From: Candidatus Nanoarchaeia archaeon
GTDB taxonomy: Archaea; Nanobdellota; Nanobdellia; Woesearchaeales; WJIZ01
Length of the DNA stretch: 64,000 nucleotides
Assembly: GCA_028279765.1 (NCBI GenBank)
Contig: JANQND010000002.1
Span: forward strand, 28,784-92,783
Direction of reading: 5' to 3'
The notes under the pieces were generated by a model. That model was not told the DNA's origin. It searched no databases and saw only the letters and a program-made list of their open reading frames with translations. The translations under genes were made by a program, and so were the position numbers. Each line of letters starts with the position of its first letter. Within the stretch, counting starts at the first letter, position 1. This document shows positions 47,012 to 57,382 of this stretch, in pieces.

Positions 47012-47968
47012 ATGAGAAAAATCCATCTTATAGCACTGCTCATTATTTCAGTTTTTATTCTTGCGTCATGCGCAAGCAGTTCTAATAATAGGGAAGGAGA
47101 GAGAATTTCTGCAAAGGACTATCGAAAAGGAACAAAAGGCCTTGAGATGGAATTCGTCAGGAATGCTCCTCCTGATAGGATATACTCTGGGGACGACTTA
47201 GATATTATTATTGATGTAAAAAACGTTGGTGCCTATCCGACAACAGATTCTTTTGACGGAAAACTGGAAATTTATGGGTATGATGACAAGGCGTTTTCCG
47301 GAGAACGGTGGGATGGTGGGCCACTGCTCACCCCGGAATTGCAGGGAAGAAGCCAGTTTGCGCCTCAGGGTGGAAGACAGAGCAAGCAGTTCCATGTAAA
47401 CAGAGTGTCAACACTCTTCAATTCTGAGTTCTATGAGCCAAGAATTATCGTCGCAGCCTGCTACAAATACAGAACAATCGCAGAGCCGCTAGTATGTATT
47501 GACCCGGAGCCCTTCTCTGTCTTTGATGAGGAAAAAGTATGCACTATAGATAGGAACGGAGAGACCTACACCCTCACGAGCCAGGGTGCACCGGTTGCCG
47601 TAACCAGGGTAACAGAAGAAATCAGCAGCAATAATATTCATTTTAGCATCGAAATAAAAAATGTAGGAAATGGAAAAGTAGTGGATGAAAATATACGAAA
47701 TGACTGCCCACTAAACCTTGATTTTAACGATATAGACAAAGTGCTGGTGAGTGCCAAGCTTCCCTGGGATTCTTCTCCTAATTGTCAACCAAGAGGAGAT
47801 CACCGCGATCCAGTACGGCTTGATGAGAGTGGAAGAGGCCATATTTTCTGCACATTCAGAAAACCAGACTCCAAATCAGCATTTGAAACAGTCCTGCAGG
47901 TTCAGCTCGATTATCGCTACCTTGATTCTATAGAAAAGAAAATAGAGATTACCAATATAAACAGATAA
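47012..47968 (+). CDS. Uncharacterised lipoprotein, paralog 2 (CYxY / GAPV family)
   Basis: Lipobox ILASC; GTKGLEMEF, CYKYRT..CID, SQGAPVAVT, NVGNG and LDYRY. Confidence 0.75.
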   Translation: MRKIHLIALLIISVFILASCASSSNNREGERISAKDYRKGTKGLEMEFVRNAPPDRIYSGDDLDIIIDVKNVGAYPTTDSFDGKLEIYGYDDKAFSGERWDGGPLLTPELQGRSQFAPQGGRQSKQFHVNRVSTLFNSEFYEPRIIVAACYKYRTIAEPLVCIDPEPFSVFDEEKVCTIDRNGETYTLTSQGAPVAVTRVTEEISSNNIHFSIEIKNVGNGKVVDENIRNDCPLNLDFNDIDKVLVSAKLPWDSSPNCQPRGDHRDPVRLDESGRGHIFCTFRKPDSKSAFETVLQVQLDYRYLDSIEKKIEITNINR

Positions 47969-48020
47969 CCGTAAGAGACAATAAGGTTTATATAGATAAA
48001 GCGTGTAAAAGTGAAGTAAA

Positions 48021-48968
48021 ATGAAAAAAACACTATTCATGATCCTCATTCTCTCTGTACTGGCAGTAGGATGCACTACTTCAGGCGATACCGGCACAAG
48101 CCTCTCTGATCCCTGGATCGGCGGGACCGACGGAATTATTATCTCTTTTGAAGAAGATGCACCCCAGGCAGAAGTATTCGATGGAGGGGATTTTCCATTT
48201 GGAGTAGTAGTCAAGCTCAAGAACGAAGGAGAGTATACTGTTCCGAAGGAAGATGTAAAAGTTACTATCTCGGGAATTCTTGCCTCTGAGTTTGGAAAAC
48301 AGGAAAGTGATCTTGAATTGGTCCCTGAAGATAGCATTGAAGGGAAACTAAAGGATACAGACGGAAAAATCAGGGATTCCGATCCGGTATTTATTGACTT
48401 CGGGGATTTTACATACCTCTCTGAATTAGTTGCACAGCAATCCTATACACTCAGAGCAGAAGCATGCTATAAGTACCAGACAACAGCAAACTCTCAAATT
48501 TGTGTATTAAAAGATAATCTCGACACTGAAGATAGTGTCTGCAAAGTAAATGAAAATAAGCAGGTATTCAGCTCAGGCGCTCCTGTGCAGGTTACAGAAT
48601 TCAAGGAATCCTCAAGAGGAAAGGACAAAATTGCGTTCTCATTCACTGTCTCACACAAAGGCAATGGAAGAATTTTTGAACAATCTAGTGGCTGTGATAC
48701 CAGTTCCAGAGCGTTCGAGGATAGAGTCTCTATTGAAATCGACACCGGTCTTGAAGGAGCGCTGGAGTGTTCAGGTCTTAGAGATGAGACATCAGGAGCA
48801 GGAGCAACCACAGGACAAATTACCCTTTTCTCGAATGAAAAGCCCATAACCTGCACCCAAACGATCACCACAAACTCAGATTATCAGCAGCCCGTAGTCA
48901 TCAAACTAACGTATGACTATAAGGACAGCAAAGAGACTTCTGTGTTAGTGAAGCATCAATTGAATTAG
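48021..48968 (+). CDS. Uncharacterised lipoprotein, paralog 3 (CYxY / GAPV family)
   Basis: Lipobox LAVGC; GTDGIIISF, CYKYQT..CV, SSGAPVQVT, HKGNG and LTYDY. Confidence 0.75.
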   Translation: MKKTLFMILILSVLAVGCTTSGDTGTSLSDPWIGGTDGIIISFEEDAPQAEVFDGGDFPFGVVVKLKNEGEYTVPKEDVKVTISGILASEFGKQESDLELVPEDSIEGKLKDTDGKIRDSDPVFIDFGDFTYLSELVAQQSYTLRAEACYKYQTTANSQICVLKDNLDTEDSVCKVNENKQVFSSGAPVQVTEFKESSRGKDKIAFSFTVSHKGNGRIFEQSSGCDTSSRAFEDRVSIEIDTGLEGALECSGLRDETSGAGATTGQITLFSNEKPITCTQTITTNSDYQQPVVIKLTYDYKDSKETSVLVKHQLN

Positions 48969-48971
48969 AAA

Positions 48972-49844
48972 ATGCTGGGAGTATTCTCAAGGAGCTGGGA
49001 AATAACAAAACTCAGTTTCAATATTATTAAGCAGGATAAAGAACTCCTTTTATTTCCTTTGTTGTCAGGGTTTTTCTCTCTGCTGTTTCTCATAAGCATG
49101 GTATTGCCGACGATACTTTCCTCAATTGCCACAGGCGGCTCTCAGCTGTCAGGTATCGAGTTTCTGGTTATGTTTATCATATACCTGGGTCTTGCATTCA
49201 TCGCAACATTCTTCAATGTCTGTGTAGTGTATACCACAAAAAAGAGATTTGAAGGAGGGAATGCGACATTCAAAGAAAGCCTAAGTTATGCTATGTCAAA
49301 ATTGAGATTAATTCTTTCCTGGAGTCTTCTTGCTGCAACCGTAGGCATCATATTGCGAATAATCGACAGGCTGGCTCAGAGAATAGGAGGAGCAGGGCAA
49401 GCAATACTTGGCCTTCTCAACGGAATATTAGGGATGGTATGGAGCATTATCACTATCTTCGTAGTTCCTGCAATGGTATACCATGACCTAGGGCCTAAAG
49501 AGGCCATAAAAAAATCGGTAGAGGTGCTTAAAAAAACCTGGGGCGAGAGCCTGATCAGATACTATGGCCTTGGCATAATCCAGTTCCTATTCATTTTAGC
49601 AGGAGCAGCTATGGTGTTTCTTCTCTTCTTTCTGTTAGTTCCGTTAGGCATAATTGGAGTGGGGATCGTTATACTGCTCGGTATTGTCTATCTTGCCATA
49701 GTTTTGCTTGCATTCTCTGTTGCGAATACAGTGTTCAATGTTGCTCTATATCTTTATGCAGAGAAAGGAAAGGTGCCGCAAGGGTATACACAGGAAATCA
49801 TGAAAAGTGCCTTCAAAGTAAATCAAGAGAAGTCAATGATCTAA
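48972..49844 (+). CDS. Integral membrane protein (DUF6159-like)
   Basis: RSWEITKLSF..DKELLLFP, FVVPAMV and KKTWGE; about 6 TM helices. Confidence 0.7.
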   Translation: MLGVFSRSWEITKLSFNIIKQDKELLLFPLLSGFFSLLFLISMVLPTILSSIATGGSQLSGIEFLVMFIIYLGLAFIATFFNVCVVYTTKKRFEGGNATFKESLSYAMSKLRLILSWSLLAATVGIILRIIDRLAQRIGGAGQAILGLLNGILGMVWSIITIFVVPAMVYHDLGPKEAIKKSVEVLKKTWGESLIRYYGLGIIQFLFILAGAAMVFLLFFLLVPLGIIGVGIVILLGIVYLAIVLLAFSVANTVFNVALYLYAEKGKVPQGYTQEIMKSAFKVNQEKSMI

Positions 49845-49865
49845 GCTAAGAGTAAACAGAGAAAT

Positions 49866-50828
49866 TCAAGTGTTCTTTTCTCCTGCAAGCGCTACTTGAG
49901 CAAGAAATGCTTCTAATTGAACATACTCATCGCTACCCTCACTTATACGAAATTCTGCCTCACCGCATCTGCTGACAAGGTCCAATTGCGCTCTACCAGA
50001 GAGGTCCAGTTGAAGTATCTCCTTCTGGATTTGCTTAATAACATCAAGTCCTGAAAGCCCATACTTGAGCATGGTATCAAGCAACTTGCTGCGCGCATCA
50101 ATAAACTTATTTGCAAGCGCAAGAGTAAGAACATCAATAATCTCTTTGGGCCTGGCAAAAGAAGCAATAGAATAGATGCTCTCTTCAGTAACCTTTTTGT
50201 CCATTGCCGATGCCGCCTGAAGAAGGTTCTCCATCTTCCGGCAATCTCCTTCGCTTACAGCAATAAGGGCATCCATTGCCTTATCGTCAATATGCAGGCC
50301 CTCTTCCTTGGCAATAGAGCTGATAAGCGCCACTAATTCTGGTTTTTCAAGTGGCTTAAAGCGAAAGACAACGCACCGTGACTGGATAGGGTCAATAATC
50401 TTGCTTGAATAGTTGCAGCCAAGAATGAATCGGCAGGTAGAAGTATAATTTTCCATTGTTCGGCGAAGCGCCTGCTGCGCTTCTCTGGTGAGTGCATCAC
50501 ACTCATCAAGGTAAATAATTTTGAAAGGGACATCTCCGATAGCCCGGGTTCGTGCAAAGTCCTTCACTTTGATCCGAATAACATCAATACCTCGCTCATC
50601 AGAGGCGTTGAGCTCTAAAAAATTCTGCCTCCAGGAGTCTCCAAAAAGCTCCCTGGCAATTACCAAAGCAAGCGACGTTTTGCCTACACCTGCTGGCCCT
50701 GCAAACATTAAATGAGGCATGTTCTTGCTTTCAACAAAGAATTTCACTCTGCCAATAATATCCTTTTGGCCTTTGACATCAGAGAAAGCTTTAGGTCGGT
50801 ATTTCTCTGTCCAGATTGCATGCTCCAT
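49866..50828 (-). CDS. rfcS: Replication factor C small subunit
   Basis: WTEKYRP, GPAGVGKT, LELNASDERG and QSRC motifs; no intein. Confidence 0.97.
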   Translation of the reverse strand: MEHAIWTEKYRPKAFSDVKGQKDIIGRVKFFVESKNMPHLMFAGPAGVGKTSLALVIARELFGDSWRQNFLELNASDERGIDVIRIKVKDFARTRAIGDVPFKIIYLDECDALTREAQQALRRTMENYTSTCRFILGCNYSSKIIDPIQSRCVVFRFKPLEKPELVALISSIAKEEGLHIDDKAMDALIAVSEGDCRKMENLLQAASAMDKKVTEESIYSIASFARPKEIIDVLTLALANKFIDARSKLLDTMLKYGLSGLDVIKQIQKEILQLDLSGRAQLDLVSRCGEAEFRISEGSDEYVQLEAFLAQVALAGEKNT

Positions 50829-50951
50829 GATAAAAAGAGAAGAAGAATCGCTTTATATAATTAATGAAACGAAGAGGAAAGACAAAAGAAGTGAGAAAAA
50901 AATAAGAATGAATAAAGAAAGAATCAAAATCTGTCAGGCACAATTACGCAA

Positions 50952-51215
50952 TTAAATAATATCTTCTTCAGAGATAACCAGGAAATCTCCTACAGCAATG
51001 ACAGAGGAAAAAGGTATCAGAAGGTTGCCTTCCTTATCTTTCTCAAGCTCTAATTTTTCAGTGTAAGAAGTAGGGTTAGTCAAAACGAGATGAATGAGCT
51101 CGCCGGATCGGGTCTCAAAGACAAGATCCCCTACCTCACCGAATTTTTTTCCTGTTTTACTCACTACAGTCTTTGAAAGAATTTGTTTTGCAAATTTTTT
51201 ATCATCATCAGCCAT
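50952..51215 (-). CDS. PRC-barrel domain protein (CdpB-like)
   Basis: KTVVSKTGKKFGEVGDLVFETRSGEL...IPFSSVIAVGDF; start moved to ATG 51215 (GGTGG ribosome-binding site). Confidence 0.85.
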   Translation of the reverse strand: MADDDKKFAKQILSKTVVSKTGKKFGEVGDLVFETRSGELIHLVLTNPTSYTEKLELEKDKEGNLLIPFSSVIAVGDFLVISEEDII

Positions 51216-51360
51216 TAGTAACCACCTTAGATTTCTATCAGAATCCGATGGGGCAGGGGCATATATAAACTTTTTGTTTTTCTCTAGTAGAGACAAAATG
51301 AGAAAGATTCTCCGGGCGTATACCATAACTTTTTAATATCTTGCTGGGTTTCAAAGCATA

Positions 51361-52440
51361 ATGCAAACAGAAGAAAAAATAAGCATAATCAAAGAAGTAG
51401 GAGAAGAGATTATTTCTGAAGAGGATCTTAAAGCGTTGCTGGAATCAAAAAAGAAGCCCATCTGCTACGATGGCTTTGAACCCTCCGGCACGGATATTCA
51501 TATTGCGCAGGGGCTTCTCAGAGCAATCAATATCAATAAGATGACTAAGGCAGGCTGCAGCTTTAAAATGCTTGTTGCAGACTGGCACGCCTGGGCAAAC
51601 AATAAGATGGGGGGCAACCTGGAGCATATTCAGAAAGTAGGAAAATATCTCATTGAAGTGTGGAAGGCCTGTGAAATGGATATGGACAAGGTAGAGTTTG
51701 TTTGGGCCTCAGATTTTGTTAACGATGAAGAATACTGGAAGAAAGTTATGCAGATCGCCCGAATAAATACTGTCAAAAGGATAACAAGATGTGCCCAGAT
51801 AATGGGAAGGAAAGAAAATGAATCCCTGCAGGCATCGCAAATTCTCTATCCCTGCATGCAGGCAGCAGATATCTTCCATCTTGGAGCAACAATCACACAG
51901 TTAGGAATGGATCAAAGAAAAGTTAACATGCTCGCAAGAGAGGTTGCACCAAAGCTTGGTTATGAAAAACCAATAGTAGTTTCACACCATATGCTCATGG
52001 GATTAGGACAGCCCCCTAACACTGATCTTAAAGGTGCAGATAGGGCAATCGAGCTAAAGATGTCTAAATCAAAACCGGATACTGCAATCTTCATGACTGA
52101 CTCAGAAGAAGACATTAAGAGAAAAATAAAAAAAGCATATTGTCCGGAAGGTATTGTTGAAGAAAACCCTATTTTGGAGTATTGTAAATACATTATATTT
52201 GAAAGAATTGACTCATTCACCATAGAGAGGCCTGAAAAATGGGGGGGAAATCTACAGTTTTCAAGCTATGAAGACTTAGAGCAGGCGTTCGGGAAAAAGG
52301 AAGTTCATCCGATGGATCTTAAGCAAAGTGCTGCAAAATACCTCAATGAATTACTTGCTCCTATTCGTGAAAAACTACAGAGTAATAAAGCCGCGCAAAA
52401 ACTCAGAGAAGAAATTAAAGAATTCACGGTAACGCGTTAA
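51361..52440 (+). CDS. tyrS: Tyrosyl-tRNA synthetase
   Basis: YDGFEPSG, HIAQ, YPCMQAAD, GMDQRK and KMSKS motifs. Confidence 0.96.
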   Translation: MQTEEKISIIKEVGEEIISEEDLKALLESKKKPICYDGFEPSGTDIHIAQGLLRAININKMTKAGCSFKMLVADWHAWANNKMGGNLEHIQKVGKYLIEVWKACEMDMDKVEFVWASDFVNDEEYWKKVMQIARINTVKRITRCAQIMGRKENESLQASQILYPCMQAADIFHLGATITQLGMDQRKVNMLAREVAPKLGYEKPIVVSHHMLMGLGQPPNTDLKGADRAIELKMSKSKPDTAIFMTDSEEDIKRKIKKAYCPEGIVEENPILEYCKYIIFERIDSFTIERPEKWGGNLQFSSYEDLEQAFGKKEVHPMDLKQSAAKYLNELLAPIREKLQSNKAAQKLREEIKEFTVTR

Positions 52441-52453
52441 GTATAGTTTAGGC

Positions 52454-53665
52454 TTATTTCTTTTGTTCAATGACAGCAAGCGTGTAATTCTTAGAAAAAT
52501 ACTTCTTTGCAACTCTTTTAATATCTGAAAGGGTCACTTTCCTAATCTTAGATGCGTACTCTCTCTCAAAAGCAGCATTGCTCATCAGTTCCCAGTACCC
52601 CAGTGCATCAGCTTTATGGTGGGTATCCTCAGCATCAAGAATGTTCTTTCCCTCAACATATCCCTTCGCTTCCTTCAGTTCCTTTGCGGTAAGTTTCGAA
52701 AGAGAAACCAACTCCTCGTTGATCAGTTTTTCGATAAGTTTGAATTTTGACCTATCTGCACTAAAATAGATAGAGAAAAAGCCAAAGTCTAAGCTAGCCT
52801 CATGGTGCACTCCTACTTCATAAGCAAGACCTCGCTTATTGCGGATTTCATCAAATATTTTTCCGGATTGTCCCCTGCCTAAAACAGCCTGAATGACATC
52901 TAAGACGTAGGAGTCTTTATGTATGCGCGGTACGCTCTTAAATCCGAGCACATGATACGAATTCATAATATTGCGCTGAACTTTGGAAATTTTCTTCGTT
53001 GTGGTGAGGGGTTCTGCAGGGAAGGAAACTCTTTTCGCCTTTCCTCTTTGCAAAGCAGAGAAATATTTCTTTATGATTTGTTGTGTGCGGGGCGCATTTC
53101 CGACAACAGTAAGGATACAGTTTGAGCCAAAATAGTGGCGATTGAAAAATGAAAGAATATCTTCCCTGCTTATCGATTGAACGTCTTCTCGCGTTCCATA
53201 AGCAGGAAAACGTGCTGGATGGCGCCTATAGAGGGCTTGCTGAAACAGTATCCATTGGTAATAGCGGGCCTCATCATTAAAGATGTTGATTTCCTTGAGG
53301 ATAACCTGACGCTCTTTGTCGATCGCGCTTTGAGCAAAGGAAGGGTTGATAATCATATCCGAAAGAATGTCTGCCGCTTTCTCAAAATGCTTTGTGGGAA
53401 CTTTGATATAATAGCAGGTTCGGACATTGTCTGTATACGCATTAATTTCTCCACCTAGAGATTCTATTTCGTTGCTAATCTCTCTTGCATCGGCTCGGCT
53501 CGTAGTGCCTTCGAAGAGCATATGTTCAATAAAATGGCTAATCCCTCTAACTCCTGAATTTTCGTAATTGCTCCCCACTCTGACGGTAAGCTGAAGAGTG
53601 ATAGAATCAGAGTCTCTCTTTTCCTCAATAACAGTAAGACCATTCTCCAAAGAATATCTTCTCAT
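52454..53665 (-). CDS. M16-family (pitrilysin) zinc peptidase
   Basis: HFIEH inverted zinc motif, NAYT and RNKRGLAY. Confidence 0.93.
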   Translation of the reverse strand: MRRYSLENGLTVIEEKRDSDSITLQLTVRVGSNYENSGVRGISHFIEHMLFEGTTSRADAREISNEIESLGGEINAYTDNVRTCYYIKVPTKHFEKAADILSDMIINPSFAQSAIDKERQVILKEINIFNDEARYYQWILFQQALYRRHPARFPAYGTREDVQSISREDILSFFNRHYFGSNCILTVVGNAPRTQQIIKKYFSALQRGKAKRVSFPAEPLTTTKKISKVQRNIMNSYHVLGFKSVPRIHKDSYVLDVIQAVLGRGQSGKIFDEIRNKRGLAYEVGVHHEASLDFGFFSIYFSADRSKFKLIEKLINEELVSLSKLTAKELKEAKGYVEGKNILDAEDTHHKADALGYWELMSNAAFEREYASKIRKVTLSDIKRVAKKYFSKNYTLAVIEQKK

Positions 53666-53756
53666 GATTATTTTTCTACTGTAGAGCTTAAAAATGTTTT
53701 TATTTGATTATTCACCAAACAAATACTTTTTTATACGCTGAAGAATAAAAAAATAC

Positions 53757-54848
53757 GTGAAAACGAAAAAATTTCAGAAAGCGCTAGAGAAAAGAAAAAT
53801 AGATCTTGCACTCTTTTGCACGCTTGATTCCGATAGTTTTGATAAAAATATGTTCTACTTCTCAGGATATAAAGGGATGGGTTGTTTGGTAGTCTCAAAG
53901 AAGAAAAAGCCTTTTCTTCTGGTTCCTCAAATGGAATATGAGAGGGCAAAGGAAGCCTCTCGCTGCAGGGTAATAGAGTGGAAAAAAGGATTAAAGTTAT
54001 TTGAGGCACTTGAAGAAGTGCTGGCAAAACAAAAGATAAGCCATGCTACCGTAGGAGTAGATCAATCAATCTTTAGCATAAGCCTATACAAATCACTAAG
54101 AAAGCATCTCAGACAAATAAAAGTAAGAGATATTACAAAGGATTGTCTTCAACTAAGAGCTCAAAAAACAAAAGAAGAAATCCAACTGATAAGAAAGTCC
54201 TGCAGGATTGCAGACAGCATACTAAAAGAATGCATCAAAAAATTTCACACATTTAAAACAGAAAAAGAAGTGGAAGTATTCTTGCACACGCAAACAATCA
54301 AAAGAGGATGCACTCTTGCTTTTGATCCCATAATCGCCTCTGGAAAGGGGGCAAGTATGCCGCATTATGAGCCGCAGGAAGTCACCATAAGAAAGGGGTT
54401 TTGCGTCATTGACTTTGGGGTTAACTACAAAGGGTATCACTCTGACATAACAAGAACTATCTATTTGGGCAATCCTAAAGAGGAAGAGCGCAAGGTATAC
54501 AGTCTCTTGCTGCAAGCGCAAAGAGAAGTCATTCGTTCTATACGCACAGGAAAGCTCTGCTCAGGGAGTTATAAAGAGACCCAAAAAATACTTGGAGAGT
54601 ATGCAGAATATTTCACCCATGGGCTAGGCCATGGCATCGGATTACAGATCCATGAACTGCCGAACATTTCACCAAATTCTAAAGAAAAATATCAAAATAA
54701 CCAGGTATTCACTATCGAACCGGGGATTTATATGCCGGGAAAGTGGGGTATGAGAATAGAGGATGATATCCTCATTTACAACGGAAAAAGAGAAGTACTC
54801 ACCAAAGTGCCCAGGAAGTTAATTACTATTAAGGCAGGTAGCCACTGA
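53757..54848 (+). CDS. pepP: Xaa-Pro aminopeptidase/dipeptidase (M24B)
   Basis: DFG..Y.GYHSDITRT, HGLGHGIG..IHE, TIEPGIY and RIEDD motifs. Confidence 0.92.
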   Translation: MKTKKFQKALEKRKIDLALFCTLDSDSFDKNMFYFSGYKGMGCLVVSKKKKPFLLVPQMEYERAKEASRCRVIEWKKGLKLFEALEEVLAKQKISHATVGVDQSIFSISLYKSLRKHLRQIKVRDITKDCLQLRAQKTKEEIQLIRKSCRIADSILKECIKKFHTFKTEKEVEVFLHTQTIKRGCTLAFDPIIASGKGASMPHYEPQEVTIRKGFCVIDFGVNYKGYHSDITRTIYLGNPKEEERKVYSLLLQAQREVIRSIRTGKLCSGSYKETQKILGEYAEYFTHGLGHGIGLQIHELPNISPNSKEKYQNNQVFTIEPGIYMPGKWGMRIEDDILIYNGKREVLTKVPRKLITIKAGSH

Positions 54849-54941
54849 TTCTAAAGAAGAAAGATTTAAGAATATGTCTAAAACTCTTAATCGCCTGTAA
54901 AGTAGCAAAAAAGAATATGAGTACGTCTAACAAGATCAAGC

Positions 54942-55904
54942 ATGGCATTAGAAAAATTAAAGAAAGGAATACAGACCATTCTTACTACCAATCTTGGTGT
55001 AAAGAAAAAAGAGCATTTTCTCATTCTCTATGATCCTACAAGAGAGCGTCTTGCAAATAGATTCAAGAAAGTTGCAGATGAAACCATTGAGAAAGTAGAG
55101 ATGCTCAAAATCGCAGAACTGAAAATAAATGGGCAGGAGCCTCCTAAGAGGGCTGCAGAGGCATTGAAGAAATGCAATACGGCGGTAATTCTCACTTCCA
55201 AATCTATTTCTCATACGAAAGCAAGAAGGGATGCAACGGCAAAAGGAGTCAGAATAGGCTCAATGCCTGGAATAACCGAATCCATTATCCGAAGAAGTAT
55301 CGATATTGATTACCCCCAGCTCAAAGAAGATACGAAAAAGGTTGCCCTGGCAATGAATAAGGCAAAGAAGGTCAAAATAACAACCGCCCTGGGAACGCAT
55401 ATTGAGCTAAGTATCAAAGGAAGAAAGGGCCATGGGCTCTCAGCCGGAATATTCACCAAAAAAGGGAAATGGGGAAATTTACCGGAGGGAGAAGCATTTA
55501 TTGCACCATTAGAAGGAACTGCTCAGGGGCATTTTGTTGTTGACGGGTCCATTGCAGGAATAGGAAAGGTAAGTCATCCTATTATTTTCTTTGTTGATAG
55601 CGGAAATGTAGTAAGAATTACAAATGGAAAGAAACCAACGCAGATTGAGCAAATGATCAGCAAGGTTGGTGACAAAGCAAGGAATATTGCAGAGTTGGGT
55701 ATAGGGCTCAACAGGAAAGCAAAAGTAACCGGAACTGTTCTTGAGGATGAGAAGGCGTATGGCACCTGCCATATTGCCATGGGCAATAATATCGGATTTG
55801 GTGGGAAAGTAGATGTGCCATTCCATATTGATTGTGTTATTAAGAAGCCCTCTATTTGGTTTGATGGTACCCTGGTAATGAAAAAAGGGAAATTACTATT
55901 GTAG
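54942..55904 (+). CDS. M29-family aminopeptidase (aminopeptidase T-like)
   Basis: NLPEGEAFIAP, ELGIGLN, EDEK..GTCHIA and HID motifs. Confidence 0.9.
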   Translation: MALEKLKKGIQTILTTNLGVKKKEHFLILYDPTRERLANRFKKVADETIEKVEMLKIAELKINGQEPPKRAAEALKKCNTAVILTSKSISHTKARRDATAKGVRIGSMPGITESIIRRSIDIDYPQLKEDTKKVALAMNKAKKVKITTALGTHIELSIKGRKGHGLSAGIFTKKGKWGNLPEGEAFIAPLEGTAQGHFVVDGSIAGIGKVSHPIIFFVDSGNVVRITNGKKPTQIEQMISKVGDKARNIAELGIGLNRKAKVTGTVLEDEKAYGTCHIAMGNNIGFGGKVDVPFHIDCVIKKPSIWFDGTLVMKKGKLLL

Positions 55905-55944
55905 ACCCAAATATATATAAAGTTCAAGTTATCTCCTCGTATCA

Positions 55945-57087
55945 ATGACTAGCAAAGAGAAAAACATTATCGACTCTGTCATTTACAGTTACACTTCTGA
56001 TTCTAGTGTTCTCGAAGAAGAGAACAAAATGCTTAAAGAGACGCTTAACAAGATGAAGGATGAGCTCGATAGGCTCAAGCAGCCTCCGTTAATGGTGTGC
56101 GAAGTTCTTGACCTTATAAATAACAATGCAGTGATACGAATTCCAAATGGTAATCAGTTTTATGTTACCTATGATCATCAACTGAAGCTGACCGTAGGAG
56201 AGAGTGTATTATGTGATCAGAAAAATCTCAACATTGTCAAAAAGATTGATACATCAAAAAAATTCAATGTAGAGAAATTTGTCATTGTTGAAAAGCCTAC
56301 CATCAAATGGGAATCTGTAGGTGGTCTGCAGCATCAGGAAAATGAGATCAAAGAAGTAATAGAGCTTCCGTTGAAAAAGCCCGAGCTGTTCAGGAAAATT
56401 GGAATTACTCCGCCTAAAGGACTCCTGTTATACGGGCCGCCAGGAACCGGAAAGACCTTGCTTGCAAAAGCAGTTGCTGCATCATCAAATTCTACGTTTA
56501 TTGAAGTAGTCGGGTCCGAGCTGGTACAGAAGTTTATTGGGGAAGGGGCAAAGCTGGTAAAAGAGATATTTGAACTTGCCAGAAAAAAAGCGCCAACTAT
56601 CATTTTCATCGACGAAATCGATTCTCTTGCAGCACGAAGGGTTGAAGTAGGTACTTCAGGAGAGCGGGAAGCAAACAGAACTTTTATGCAACTTCTTGCT
56701 GAAATTGATGGATTCAAATCATTGGATGATGTAAAAATCATTGGGGCAACCAACAGAAAAGATATTCTTGATCCTGCCATTATTCGTCCGGGAAGACTTG
56801 ATAGGTTAATCGAAGTGCCTACACCAAACAAAGAAGGAAGGAAAGAGATCTTCAGGATTCATTCGCAAACAATGTGCTTATGTAAGGATGTTGATGTGGA
56901 AAACCTTATCAACCAAATGGATGATTTCTCCGGAGCAGAGATCAAAGCTGCCTGCACTGAGGCTGGGTATTTTGCCATAAGAGAAAGCCGTACAGAAATA
57001 GTTAAGAAAGATTTTCTCAACGCTATTGCAAAAGTTCGAAAAGAAGAAGAATTAAACAAAGGAGATTACCTGCGTATGTTTGGTTAG
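55945..57087 (+). CDS. pan: Proteasome-activating nucleotidase (AAA+ ATPase)
   Basis: Coiled coil and OB domain, GPPGTGKT, KFIGEG and RPGRLDR motifs; C-terminus RMFG. Confidence 0.92.
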   Translation: MTSKEKNIIDSVIYSYTSDSSVLEEENKMLKETLNKMKDELDRLKQPPLMVCEVLDLINNNAVIRIPNGNQFYVTYDHQLKLTVGESVLCDQKNLNIVKKIDTSKKFNVEKFVIVEKPTIKWESVGGLQHQENEIKEVIELPLKKPELFRKIGITPPKGLLLYGPPGTGKTLLAKAVAASSNSTFIEVVGSELVQKFIGEGAKLVKEIFELARKKAPTIIFIDEIDSLAARRVEVGTSGEREANRTFMQLLAEIDGFKSLDDVKIIGATNRKDILDPAIIRPGRLDRLIEVPTPNKEGRKEIFRIHSQTMCLCKDVDVENLINQMDDFSGAEIKAACTEAGYFAIRESRTEIVKKDFLNAIAKVRKEEELNKGDYLRMFG

Positions 57088-57088
57088 A

Positions 57089-57316
57089 ATGGACTATGTA
57101 CTTCTCCTTGGATCAGCAGGGTTAGTCATTCTTCTCATTGCTTTTATTATTGAGCACCTGCACCGGAAAAAAAGCCGTTTTTATTTTAATGTCCTCAATG
57201 CTATTGGGTCATTTATGCTTGGAGTATATGCTATCTACAACAATGCAATTATCTTCGTTATCCTGGAATTTATCTGGGTTGGGCTTTCTATATTTTATTT
57301 GATTAGGAAAGAGTAA
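57089..57316 (+). CDS. Small 3-TM membrane protein (CBU_0592-like)
   Basis: G...ILLIAF...LNAIGS..LG.YA...FVILEFIW pattern. Confidence 0.65.
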   Translation: MDYVLLLGSAGLVILLIAFIIEHLHRKKSRFYFNVLNAIGSFMLGVYAIYNNAIIFVILEFIWVGLSIFYLIRKE

Positions 57317-57382
57317 TCAACTTTCATCCAAACCTTTATAACTCATTCTGCAACTTAATACGTAGAAGAACTATCTTCAGAA

